51,774 nucleotides of DNA. Source: Clostridium sp. CAG:288 (GTDB lineage: Bacteria; Bacillota_I; Bacilli_A; RFN20; CAG-288). This document shows positions 29,322 through 38,137 of this stretch, one piece after another. The stretch spans positions 1-51,774 of the forward strand of contig FR898170.1 in assembly GCA_000437395.1 (NCBI GenBank), given 5' to 3'. Position 1 is the first letter of the stretch; the number at the start of each line of letters is the position of its first letter. The notes beneath the pieces were generated by a model that worked only from the letters and a program-made list of their open reading frames with translations, was not told the DNA's origin and did no database searches. Both the position numbers and the translations under genes were made by a program.

Positions 29322-30047
29322 ATGGAAGAAGAAATAAAAAAACTATATGAGATTATAAACGATAGTAAAAGAATTGTTTTCTTTTCTGGTGCTGGCGTTT
29401 CAGTTAGTTCAGGCATTCCTGATTTTAGAGGTGAACATGGTATATATAAATATGCTCCAGAAGAAATGATTTCACATCATTTCTTTTTAGAACATACTAA
29501 AGAATTTTTTGATTTTTACCTCAAACACTTGGTATTTTTAGATGCTAATGAAAATGAATGTCATAAAGCTATAGCTTATTTAGAAAAAGTTGGTAAAGTT
29601 GAAGCAGTTGTTACCCAGAATATTGATGGGTTACATCAAAAAGCTGGATCTAAAAAGGTTATAGAATTACATGGAAGTATTCATAGAAATCACTGTATGA
29701 AATGTCATAAGTTTTACGATATAAAAGATATGAAGTTTACCCCTATTCCATATTGTTCTTGTGGCGGTATTATTAAACCTGATGTAGTTTTATATGAAGA
29801 AAGTTTAAATGAAGAAGATATTACTAATACAATTAGAGCTATAAGCTCTTGCGATACTCTTATTGTTATAGGTACTTCTTTAAGTGTTTATCCTGCAGCT
29901 TCGTTTATTGATTTCTTTAGAGGTAAACACCTTGTTGTCATTAATTTAGGACAAACTAGAAATAGAGTAGATGCTGAACTAATTATTGATGGTAAAGTTG
30001 AAAATTACTTAAATATGGAAAATATAAGAAAATATTTAAAAAAATGA
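29322..30047 (+). CDS. cobB: NAD-dependent protein deacylase, Sir2 (sirtuin) family
   Basis: 241 aa; GAGVSVSSGIPDFRG NAD-binding motif, TQNIDGLH, Cys4 zinc ribbon CMKCHK...CSCGG, catalytic H in IELHGS. Confidence 0.8.
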   Translation: MEEEIKKLYEIINDSKRIVFFSGAGVSVSSGIPDFRGEHGIYKYAPEEMISHHFFLEHTKEFFDFYLKHLVFLDANENECHKAIAYLEKVGKVEAVVTQNIDGLHQKAGSKKVIELHGSIHRNHCMKCHKFYDIKDMKFTPIPYCSCGGIIKPDVVLYEESLNEEDITNTIRAISSCDTLIVIGTSLSVYPAASFIDFFRGKHLVVINLGQTRNRVDAELIIDGKVENYLNMENIRKYLKK

Positions 30048-30074
30048 GTTAGCGTAGTGCTAACTCACTTTTTA
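30045..30074. terminator. bidirectional terminator between sirtuin and SPFH genes
   Basis: 9-bp stem tgagttagc/gctaactca, loop gtagt, then CTTTTT. Confidence 0.6.
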
Positions 30075-30080
30075 TAAAAA

Positions 30081-31205
30081 CTACTCTTTATTATTCCTTT
30101 TAGAAGTTAAAGATGAAGTTAATTGAGTTAAAATATCTCCACCAGTTGAAAGGTTGATATTTCCAACTTTTTCACATATTCTCTCAACATATTCAAGTTC
30201 TTTGAGCTTGTATAATGTTTCGTTTTCATCCATTAATCTAGCTGTATTTAAAAGAGATCTTGTTGAAGCAACTTCTTCTCTACGAGAGATAACATTGGCT
30301 TGAGCTTTCTTTTCTGCTACTAAAACAGTGTTCATGATATCTCTTATCTCACCTGGAAGAATAATATCTTTGACGGATACACTCTCGATATCAAGATATA
30401 GTTCTTTGCCTTTTTCTTTAATAGTGTCTGATAAGAATTTAGATACTTCGTTTTTAGTAGCTAAAATGGTATCAAACGTTTTATCGCCAACGTATTCCCT
30501 TAAAGCTAATTGAATAGCGACGTATAATTGATTCTTATAGTCGTCTATTTCTGTAGCTGCTTTAATATAGTCAGTAATTTTATAATTACAAACACAATTG
30601 ATTCGTAAGGTTACTTTGTCGCTAGTTAAAATCTCTTGTCCGACAACATCTTGTTGTACTAAACAAGTCTTCATTTTTATAACTTCAACAGGACTTTCTT
30701 TACTCTTTAAGTAATAATATTCGCCTGGATTGAGAGTTTTTATAAACTTTTCTTTAATGAATAACAATCCAATTTCCTTTTTAGAAATAGAATAGTAATC
30801 AAAGCAATCGTCTAATTCAAAGCAATCATAAAGATATTCTGGAAAGTCTTCAGGCAATTCTGGATTGGATAAATCGAGTGTTAAGAATGTATTTTCACGA
30901 TCGATATTCCAAAAGAAATGTTTACCTGGATAAACGATATTTGCAAAATTACCGTTGACAAAATGAAGTGTTAACTCACCTGATTTTGCAATTACTTTTG
31001 TGACTAATTTATTAAAATTTTCGTCTGAAGTAAAGATACTTATATCAGTATCTTCGTTTTCAACTTTGATTTCATCATCTGAAATTTTAGCAAGCTCAAA
31101 AGATTTACCACCAATAGTGGAATACTTACCTGCATCGACCATTTTAATAAACTTTCCTTTCTTAAATAAGAAACCTTTAAAACCTTCTTTAACTAATACT
31201 TTCAT
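30081..31205 (-). CDS. SPFH/band-7 (stomatin-prohibitin-flotillin-like) domain protein
   Basis: 374 aa; core QDVVGQEILTSDKVTLRINCVCNYKITD fits the SPFH Q..TKDNV.V.VDAVV.YRV.D pattern; C-terminal coiled-coil-like tail. Confidence 0.5.
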   Translation of the reverse strand: MKVLVKEGFKGFLFKKGKFIKMVDAGKYSTIGGKSFELAKISDDEIKVENEDTDISIFTSDENFNKLVTKVIAKSGELTLHFVNGNFANIVYPGKHFFWNIDRENTFLTLDLSNPELPEDFPEYLYDCFELDDCFDYYSISKKEIGLLFIKEKFIKTLNPGEYYYLKSKESPVEVIKMKTCLVQQDVVGQEILTSDKVTLRINCVCNYKITDYIKAATEIDDYKNQLYVAIQLALREYVGDKTFDTILATKNEVSKFLSDTIKEKGKELYLDIESVSVKDIILPGEIRDIMNTVLVAEKKAQANVISRREEVASTRSLLNTARLMDENETLYKLKELEYVERICEKVGNINLSTGGDILTQLTSSLTSKRNNKE

Positions 31206-31566
31206 AAAATCCTCCTAATTAAATAAAATATATATTAATCCACTCCCTTAATGGAAAAATATCAAAAAAAAAATAATCCTTTATAAAAACTAAGCGGTTA
31301 TTGATTTAGTAGTAACGCTTTAAAGCGGATATGCTAGATATTGGCTTTGATTAATTGCTACGATATCCTCGCAAAGCAAAGCCTAGTTTTTATTGCTTAG
31401 TATAATTAATTAACTAATGTTAAATAATTATTAAGCTAGGATTATTTAATAGTGATCGAAGTGCCAGTTAATTTTAACAGCCTGAAATGATCATAGAATT
31501 GTGACAAAATTCTTTAAGATTAATGTGTTTTTGTTTCCATAACCGTTGGATAATAATCTTTATTTT

Positions 31567-31593
31567 TGATTATTATGTTGGAATCGAACCAAC
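31567..31593 (-). other. isolated tRNA 3'-end fragment (T-arm GTTGG-TTCGATT-CCAAC + acceptor 3' strand), no 5' half; candidate integrase att core
   Basis: minus-strand reads GTTGGTTCGATTCCAACATAATAAT containing canonical GGTTCGATTCC T-loop with perfect 5-bp stem; no D-arm, anticodon arm or matching acceptor 5' strand in the next 90 nt. Confidence 0.45.
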
Positions 31594-31905
31594 TAATGAG
31601 CTTTTAGATTAACAATTGCACAAAGAGTAAAGATAGTTACTCTTCTAAGCACATAAAATTCAGTATGCACTTTGGTATACCTTGTGTACTGTGATTTATG
31701 TTTGAAAAATCCACCTTATCGAATGTTATATGCTTCTACTAATATATAAACAAAATTCAACAATGTCAATATATTTTGAAAAAAATGTCTAATTAAATTA
31801 GAAACTTCAAAATATTAAATAAAAAAGATAATGATACAAGACTAATCATTATCCATATTAATAACTTTATCAGCCATAAATTTAATTTTATATTTACTTA
31901 AAATT

Positions 31906-32088
31906 TTATTTTTGGTCTTTAATTTTATTATTAGTTTTTTCCAATGCGTCTAATTCATCAAGCTCTTTTCTATATTTTCCTAGCATAATAATTCTATGTT
32001 TAAGCTCTGTAAAAGTCATTATTCTATCTTGACATCCACCAACGAATAAAGCTGCCATATCTTTTTCAATTTCTTCTCTTGTTCTCAT
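31906..32088 (-). CDS. hypothetical small protein
   Basis: 60-aa ORF in intergenic space, charged/helical composition. Confidence 0.3.
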   Translation of the reverse strand: MRTREEIEKDMAALFVGGCQDRIMTFTELKHRIIMLGKYRKELDELDALEKTNNKIKDQK

Positions 32089-32206
32089 CAGTAATTACCT
32101 TCTTAAATGGTTGAATATGTGTTTCATAATTCGTTTAAAGTAAAATTTTTGTAACTTAAAAACTTATTAAGTTTTTAAAGCTATAAATTAATTTTCTAAA
32201 TATAAA

Positions 32207-32563
32207 TTACCAGTCGTTAAGTGTATATCTTTTAAAACTTTTAAACTTGCTTACATCGAAAGCAAAAATGTATTTAAACTTTACATATGGAGTATTAGGC
32301 ATAAATATATCCAAAGGAGAACATTCAGTTTTTGGATCTACTATTTCTTCACAGTCAACATAAGTTTTACATCCCATGGTGCAATCACCATCTTCAATAT
32401 CTTCATATTCATAAACATTATCAAAATAAGTAATATCCATTAGCTCAAAATCAACATCGTCAATTTTAACTTCTCTTCCAACATACTTAGACATAATTTC
32501 TTCAACATCTTTTTCTTCTAAAATTTTGTAAGTAGTTGTAGTAATGACTTTCTTTTCGATCAT
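32207..32563 (-). CDS. hypothetical protein
   Basis: 118-aa acidic protein; aggag-like RBS upstream. Confidence 0.4.
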   Translation of the reverse strand: MIEKKVITTTTYKILEEKDVEEIMSKYVGREVKIDDVDFELMDITYFDNVYEYEDIEDGDCTMGCKTYVDCEEIVDPKTECSPLDIFMPNTPYVKFKYIFAFDVSKFKSFKRYTLNDW

Positions 32564-32847
32564 ATTTTTTACCTCTTTTGCTTATACTTATATTTTAAAT
32601 GTTGCTTGTTATTATTTGTAATAATTATCAAAAGTGTGCATGTATGAATACATTTATAGCTAAATACTATCTTTATAATTTGTTTAAATATATGTTTCAT
32701 AAATAATATCTTTAATTTTTCTCAAATCATTATTATTTATCTTTAACATGTTGATAACAAATTAAAAAGGCAGAAAACAGTGATAAATACTGAGTTTCTG
32801 CCTATAATTTTTGTTTATAGTTTCCAAAAGTTTAATATGTAAGCTAT

Positions 32848-33054
32848 TTACTTCTTAACTTTCCAAGCGCCTGTAAATAATCCTTTTTCAAGTGGAATTT
32901 GTTGGCCACAACTTGGACATAAAACATATCCTTCAAATTCGATTGAATTTCCTGAATATGCATATGGATTGATATCAGTGACATCAATTTCCAATTTTGC
33001 ATTACAGCTTGGGCACTTACATTTAATACCTTTACCTTCTTTTAAGACTTTCAT
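32848..33054 (-). CDS. small zinc-ribbon protein
   Basis: 68 aa; two CPSC motifs (CPSCNAKL...CPSCGQQ); 4-nt gap to upstream gene. Confidence 0.4.
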   Translation of the reverse strand: MKVLKEGKGIKCKCPSCNAKLEIDVTDINPYAYSGNSIEFEGYVLCPSCGQQIPLEKGLFTGAWKVKK

Positions 33055-33058
33055 TTCC

Positions 33059-33838
33059 TTATTCTCCTTTTAATATCTTAAATCCAATATCTGGATTGAG
33101 ATCCAATTCTTTAAATACTCTCTTAAGTATGTCATCTTTATTAGAAATACTAGAATCATTTTTAAGTGTATTATAGAGCTCTATTTCATCGTTACGCAAA
33201 TAGTTAAGTACAGTTTTTCCAAGTGGTATGAATTCACTTTCTTTTAATGATTCCATTTGTTGTTTCCACTTATATGCTTGTTCACATTGTTTTTGTTCTT
33301 TTTCATATAAATGTGCATACTTTGAACGAATAATATTTGCATAGTACCCACGCATTGTAATTGTTCCGTCTTCTGTAACCATGTCGTAATTATAAACAAC
33401 TTTGCCATTAATTACTTTTTCAATTTTAGCATCGACATAATTAACATTTTTCATTATTAAACCAATTCCCATGCGAGATGAAGTCCAGAAATTGTTAATG
33501 ATTAAATATAAAACATCGTATTCTTTGTTATAGTTATCTTCTTGTGATTTGAACACATTATAAAAAGAGCTATAGTGTTTTCTTAAATCGTCATCTTTAT
33601 TAATTGAAAAATATGGATAACTATTTTTCTTATAATAAAAGTTTCCATCAGATAGACTAAAAAAATTGTAAGCTTCATTAATAGATATTCCTAATCTATA
33701 AGATATATAATTTGCAAAACTAGCTGTCTCTTCTTCGAGTTTTTTTGAGAGATTTTCATGTGCTATTATAGAGTCTCTTAGATCAATATCCCACTGAGTA
33801 TAGCGTTTGAATAAATTAATATAATTTTCTTCTTCCAT
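33059..33838 (-). CDS. hypothetical protein
   Basis: 259 aa, no recognised motif; co-oriented and tightly linked to zinc-ribbon gene. Confidence 0.5.
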   Translation of the reverse strand: MEEENYINLFKRYTQWDIDLRDSIIAHENLSKKLEEETASFANYISYRLGISINEAYNFFSLSDGNFYYKKNSYPYFSINKDDDLRKHYSSFYNVFKSQEDNYNKEYDVLYLIINNFWTSSRMGIGLIMKNVNYVDAKIEKVINGKVVYNYDMVTEDGTITMRGYYANIIRSKYAHLYEKEQKQCEQAYKWKQQMESLKESEFIPLGKTVLNYLRNDEIELYNTLKNDSSISNKDDILKRVFKELDLNPDIGFKILKGE

Positions 33839-34044
33839 AATACCCCATTAATAGAATTTAACTCTAAATAATATGTTTTCAAAAATATTTAAGCCTGACC
33901 TGCTTTAAAATTACTTTTGATTTATTTAAATTATAGCATAATTATTTTTTAATACATATTTTTGTTGCTTATATTATTAGAGATAAAATTCTATTTTTAA
34001 TATTTTTTATGATTACTATCGTTATAAAATTCAGTTTTTAATCA

Positions 34045-34140
34045 ATGAATTGTAAACAACTTGTAAAGAAATTAAAATTTATCAAAAAAGTGAGCAAAAA
34101 CATATGAAATCTTACGGTTATATATAGTGAAGGGGCAAAT
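34045..34140 (+). repeat. dispersed intergenic repeat, copy 1 (full length)
   Basis: tgaattgtaaacaacttgtaaagaaattaaaatttatcaaaaaagtgagcaaaaacatatgaaatcttacggttatatatagtgaaggggcaaat; near-identical to copy 2. Confidence 0.8.
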
Positions 34141-34282
34141 AATAGGGGGTTATAATTAAATCAAGTAAGTTATATCTTTGTTTTATTTGTAATTAAAGAT
34201 AATAAAAATAGAACAATTTATCTCTAATAAGTGTTTATTTTTTACAAAAATATAATATAATATAAACAGAAGGAGGTACGTT

Positions 34283-35329
34283 ATGATTAGTAAAAATATT
34301 AAGTATTATCGTTTAATAAAATCAATGAGTAAAAAGGATTTAGCAGAAGCTGTCAATGTTACTCCAATGGCTATATCAAATTATGAAAGTGGCAAAAGAA
34401 AACCTGAAATCGATATTTTGAAAAAAATAGCTAATGTTTTAGGGGTTCGTGTAGTTGATTTCCTTACTGTAAGAAATGAAAACATTCAGTTTAGTCATAA
34501 TGAATTTAGAAAGAGTTCCTCCTTACCTAAAAATACCCAAGAATATATTTTTGAAAGTATAGAAGAATACTTTAGTCGCTTTATGGATGCGGTTGAAATA
34601 TTAGGAGGAGATGTTTTACCTAATTTTCCAAAATGCCATTATTTAGAGATAACTAAAGATGTTGAAAAAGATGCTTTAAACCTTAGAAGATATTTAGGAT
34701 TTGCTGATAATGGACCTATAGATGATTTAATTGGTAGCCTAGAAAATAAAGGCTTTTTAGTTTTATTAAAAGAAATTGATGATGATAAATTTTCTGGTAT
34801 TAATGGATTTGTAAATAATCATCCATATATTATGTTAAATAAAAAAATGACTATTGAACGTAACAGATCAACTATCGCACATGAATTAACTCATCTTATG
34901 TTTAATTGGGATAATGTTGATATGAACGAAAAAGAAATTGAAAACTATGCAACTGCTATTGGTGGAGCTTTCTTGTTTCCAAAAGAAGATGCCATAAGAG
35001 AACTAGGAGTTCATCGTAAATCTGTCAGTAAAGATATGATATTAGTTGCTACTGAATATGGTATCTCAATGTTTTTATTAGCTAAAAGAGCTGAAATTTT
35101 AAAAATAATATCTGAATCTTCTTCAAGAAAATTTTATATTTTGGCATCAGAAAAAGGCTGGAGAAAAAATGAGCCAAGTCGTATTGAAAAATTAGAAAGA
35201 CCTATATTATTTGAGCAACTTGTCTATAGAGCAATTAACGAAAATGAGATTAGTATTCAACGTGGAGCAGAGTTACTTAAAAAGCCTTATGATGAAGTAG
35301 CTAATGATTGCCTTTTTGATAATAAATAA
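34283..35329 (+). CDS. XRE-family HTH fused to ImmA/IrrE-type zinc metallopeptidase (COG2856-like)
   Basis: 348 aa; N-terminal HTH YYRLIKSMSKKDLAEAVNVTPMAISNYESGKRKP; HExxH motif TIAHELTHLMF. Confidence 0.75.
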   Translation: MISKNIKYYRLIKSMSKKDLAEAVNVTPMAISNYESGKRKPEIDILKKIANVLGVRVVDFLTVRNENIQFSHNEFRKSSSLPKNTQEYIFESIEEYFSRFMDAVEILGGDVLPNFPKCHYLEITKDVEKDALNLRRYLGFADNGPIDDLIGSLENKGFLVLLKEIDDDKFSGINGFVNNHPYIMLNKKMTIERNRSTIAHELTHLMFNWDNVDMNEKEIENYATAIGGAFLFPKEDAIRELGVHRKSVSKDMILVATEYGISMFLLAKRAEILKIISESSSRKFYILASEKGWRKNEPSRIEKLERPILFEQLVYRAINENEISIQRGAELLKKPYDEVANDCLFDNK

Positions 35330-35334
35330 TATAT

Positions 35335-35874
35335 ATGGAATTTATTAGTAGTGATACAAATGTTTGGATTGATTTTTGCACAATAGATAAACTCTATTTA
35401 CCTTTTAAGTTACCATATACATATATCATGAATAATGATGCAATTGAGGATGAATTATTAAATCCAAAAGATTTAAAAGATCAATTAATACAATTAGGAC
35501 TTAAAGAAGTTGAATTAGATATTGATGAATTATTCCTGGCTGAAGAATATGGATGCAAATATAAAAAGCTATCTATATATGATAGAATCGCTTTAGCTAT
35601 AGCAAAAAATCGCCATATTTTATTATTAACAGGCGATTTAAACTTAAGAAAAGCTGCACAGAAAGAATCAGTAGAAATAATAGGAACACTAGGAATACTA
35701 GATAGACTATTTGGATATAACTATATAACTGAAGCTGAATTCGATGAATGCATAAGAAAATTAAAAGATCTAAATTTTGTCAGTGATATTAGATTACCTG
35801 CAAATGAATTAGAAGAAAGACTGACAATAAGAAAAAAAGAAGAAATAAAGACTAATTTCAAAGTTGCCATTTAA
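35335..35874 (+). CDS. PIN-domain protein (putative nuclease partner of HTH-ImmA protein)
   Basis: 179 aa; N-terminal SSDTNVWIDF (first PIN Asp), later HILLLTGD (T.D motif); 5-nt gap after ImmA-like gene. Confidence 0.55.
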   Translation: MEFISSDTNVWIDFCTIDKLYLPFKLPYTYIMNNDAIEDELLNPKDLKDQLIQLGLKEVELDIDELFLAEEYGCKYKKLSIYDRIALAIAKNRHILLLTGDLNLRKAAQKESVEIIGTLGILDRLFGYNYITEAEFDECIRKLKDLNFVSDIRLPANELEERLTIRKKEEIKTNFKVAI

Positions 35875-35898
35875 TATTATGCTAATATGTAATTAATT

Positions 35899-35937
35899 AA
35901 AAAGGCAAAATTGATATTTAATTTTGCCTATATATTT
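35899..35937. terminator. bidirectional terminator between convergent PIN and 136-aa genes
   Basis: stem aggcaaaatt/aattttgcct, loop gatattt, flanked by A-run and T-run. Confidence 0.55.
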
Positions 35938-35940
35938 GTT

Positions 35941-36351
35941 CTATTTAATCCATTTACCATTTTTTAAGTCAATAAATTGATGTAATTTCATTTTTGCCTT
36001 AAAATCATTACCATATTCACCGTTCAAAGTTTGTTCATCTGTTTTAAAAGAAATATCATAATACCTTCCATTTTTTGTTTTTGGAATTAAATTATTTTCT
36101 AAGAAGAAATTAATTACTTTTCTATGTGCATTTAAATTGTCATATTCTATATAAAAACAGGCCACGCCATCATTATCATTTGTATGTTTACACGTATCAA
36201 CAATATTTTCTTCTATAGCTTTTTTACAAATTTTAGATATAAAGTCTTTATTATTAAAGAAATACATCCATTTTCCAATTTTATTAGTGTTATGATTAGT
36301 CCAATTATCACTAATATAAAATATATAACCTCTTAAATTTAAAGTTTTCAT
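35941..36351 (-). CDS. hypothetical protein (partner of mini-RNase III-like gene)
   Basis: 136 aa; overlaps upstream gene by 4 nt (operon); no recognised motif. Confidence 0.45.
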   Translation of the reverse strand: MKTLNLRGYIFYISDNWTNHNTNKIGKWMYFFNNKDFISKICKKAIEENIVDTCKHTNDNDGVACFYIEYDNLNAHRKVINFFLENNLIPKTKNGRYYDISFKTDEQTLNGEYGNDFKAKMKLHQFIDLKNGKWIK

Positions 36352-36830
36352 TGTTTTCTCTCTTTTTTATCAATATAATTCATCCAGCTACATATCAATT
36401 CTTTTAATTTATAAAGATTACCTGTGTTTATATAAATAGCAGCAATTATAGCTTCAACACATGTAGCTATATATTTGCACTTATTTCCTTTTTTAGATTT
36501 ATTTTTTTCATAGTCATAATTATTAACTCTATTACCATCAGTTTTAATCTTTTTTATAAGATCATATTTTTCAGCAATTAACACTAGAGCTTTGTTAGAT
36601 TCATATTTTTTCTTTTCTTCTGTAGGTTTTTCAATTTTATTATCATATAGAATTTCCATTATGCACATTTTTAAAATAGCATCACCATATGTTGCTAATT
36701 CAAAATTAGTTTTATTTTTAGGCAAATTTTCATGATGTTCTTTACTGTATACACTCTTATATGATTTATCAGTAAGAGCATACTCAATTAATTCGTTATC
36801 TTTCATTATCCATTCTTCAAATAAGTCCAT
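36348..36830 (-). CDS. mini-RNase III-like protein (RNase III catalytic domain only, no dsRBD)
   Basis: 160 aa; ELATYGDAILKMCIMEILY matches RNase III signature E.LEFLGDA(V/I)L and Mini-III LAYIGDAIFEV; second catalytic segment ATCVEAIIAAIYINTG matches ..EAL.GAIYLD.G. Confidence 0.55.
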   Translation of the reverse strand: MDLFEEWIMKDNELIEYALTDKSYKSVYSKEHHENLPKNKTNFELATYGDAILKMCIMEILYDNKIEKPTEEKKKYESNKALVLIAEKYDLIKKIKTDGNRVNNYDYEKNKSKKGNKCKYIATCVEAIIAAIYINTGNLYKLKELICSWMNYIDKKERKQ

Positions 36831-37074
36831 GCTTTATCCTCCTTTAATTGCATTCGTCATTTGTTCATTCATTTCTTTAACTTTTAGCTCAATTGTATCT
36901 ATACCAACTTAATAACCTCCAATTAACTATATTATAAAATAATTAACGACAAAAAATGGATGTTATCGTTCGAGGATTTTCGACAATTATATATAAAATA
37001 AAGACACATTTAAGTTAAATATAGTTATGATTTTACTTTTGTTGAAATGAATAATTTGATACGCTAATTGGAGC

Positions 37075-37172
37075 TGAATTGTAAATAACTTGTAAAGAAA
37101 TTAAAATTTATCAAAAAAGTGAGCAAAAACATATGAAATCTTACGGTTATATATAGTGAAAGGGGATAAATA
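37075..37172 (+). repeat. dispersed intergenic repeat, copy 2 (full length)
   Basis: tgaattgtaaataacttgtaaagaaattaaaatttatcaaaaaagtgagcaaaaacatatgaaatcttacggttatatatagtgaaaggggataaat. Confidence 0.8.
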
Positions 37173-37357
37173 TAGAAAAATATGATTATTCATATTAATT
37201 ATTAAGTTCCATCTTCTAAATATAACCTCCATCTTATGAACTTGTTAATATTTATTCCTCTTCAAACCTCCTTTTGATAATAAGACCCATAAGTTTTCCA
37301 ATTAACATGGTGCCACTTATGGGTTTTATTGTTTTATTCAACAACCTATAAAATATG

Positions 37358-37442
37358 TTCAATTGTAAAAAATTTAAAATTTATCAAAAAAGTGAGCAAA
37401 AACACATGAAATCTTATGGTTATATATAGTGAAGGGGGAAAG
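37358..37442 (+). repeat. dispersed intergenic repeat, copy 3 (lacks internal ~13 nt of copies 1-2)
   Basis: ttcaattgtaaaaaatttaaaatttatcaaaaaagtgagcaaaaacacatgaaatcttatggttatatatagtgaagggggaaag. Confidence 0.75.
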
Positions 37443-37495
37443 ATTAATCTTTTTACAAATTTAGTTTCGTAATTTGTTCATAAATAATTAGAATA

Positions 37496-38137
37496 TTATA
37501 CTTTGATTTTTCTATGAGTATTAATTTTTTCTAGCATTTTTTTGAAAGTCTCTATTTTTTTATCACCTTTTCCGAAAAAATCTAAAGCACTACATTTTAT
37601 AGTTTCTTCTTTATTTTCTAAAAGATACATGTATATATATGGATTTTCATAGAAATCTTTGTAAATAAAGCTTAATTGTTTTTCAAATAGTAAAAATGAA
37701 TTATTGTTATATACAGCTCCATTTGATTTCCCATATTCACATAGTTTTATAAACTTTGATGAATATAAATTTGTGATAAAGCGATTCATTATTTCTTTTT
37801 TATCTTCTCCAATTGAGTGTACAGATTCAAGTTTACTTTTATACCAGATATGATAATATATTGAATCAATTATTTTAGTTATATCTTTGAATCCAATTAT
37901 TTCTTTTGAAAACGATAATAATAAATTATTTATATAAATTAAATCTCCATCTGAAAGGACTTTAGGATTATAAGTAAACATATCATTTTCATTTACATTA
38001 AAATTAGAATCGGCATATTTAACTTCTGGAAATCCAAATAAATTTCTATCTTGAATAATTGCTGGCCAAATATCAGGACAATCTAATTCGAGTATTTTGT
38101 TCGATCGCATATCAAATACATTTTGATGATTATACAT
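37496..38137 (-). CDS. hypothetical protein
   Basis: 213 aa; directly abuts (no gap) the upstream DUF4238-like gene; no recognised motif. Confidence 0.45.
   Translation of the reverse strand: MYNHQNVFDMRSNKILELDCPDIWPAIIQDRNLFGFPEVKYADSNFNVNENDMFTYNPKVLSDGDLIYINNLLLSFSKEIIGFKDITKIIDSIYYHIWYKSKLESVHSIGEDKKEIMNRFITNLYSSKFIKLCEYGKSNGAVYNNNSFLLFEKQLSFIYKDFYENPYIYMYLLENKEETIKCSALDFFGKGDKKIETFKKMLEKINTHRKIKV

Noticed and set aside
29322-30047. Sir2 protein as a Thoeris/DSR-type NADase defense effector
   Set aside because: Possesses the Cys4 zinc ribbon and size of bona fide CobB deacylases; defense SIR2 domains lack this module and are fused to or partnered with sensors.
21695-31218. Small ORFs 21695..21913, 24274..24462, 24672..24863, 25648..25947, 28416..28694, 28791..29090, 30328..30513, 31000..31218
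   Set aside because: Overlap well-supported genes (zinc-ribbon, res, mod, AAA ATPase, SPFH) in other frames; Phe/Ile/Leu-rich translations typical of AT-rich antisense; no RBS.
31300-31680. Complete tRNA or tmRNA (ssrA) on the minus strand
   Set aside because: Only the T-arm and acceptor 3' strand are present. No acceptor 5' strand complementary to ATAATAA, no D-arm, the nearest hairpin is 30 nt from the T-stem, and the A/T acceptor is incompatible with the tmRNA G-rich acceptor and G3:U70. Reported instead as a tRNA-derived fragment.
34103-34126. Eight-codon ORF ATGAAATCTTACGGTTATATATAG (MKSYGYI) conserved in repeat copies 1-3 with a synonymous TAC>TAT change in copy 3
   Set aside because: No RBS, destroyed in copy 4; most likely coincidental within a conserved non-coding repeat, though noted.
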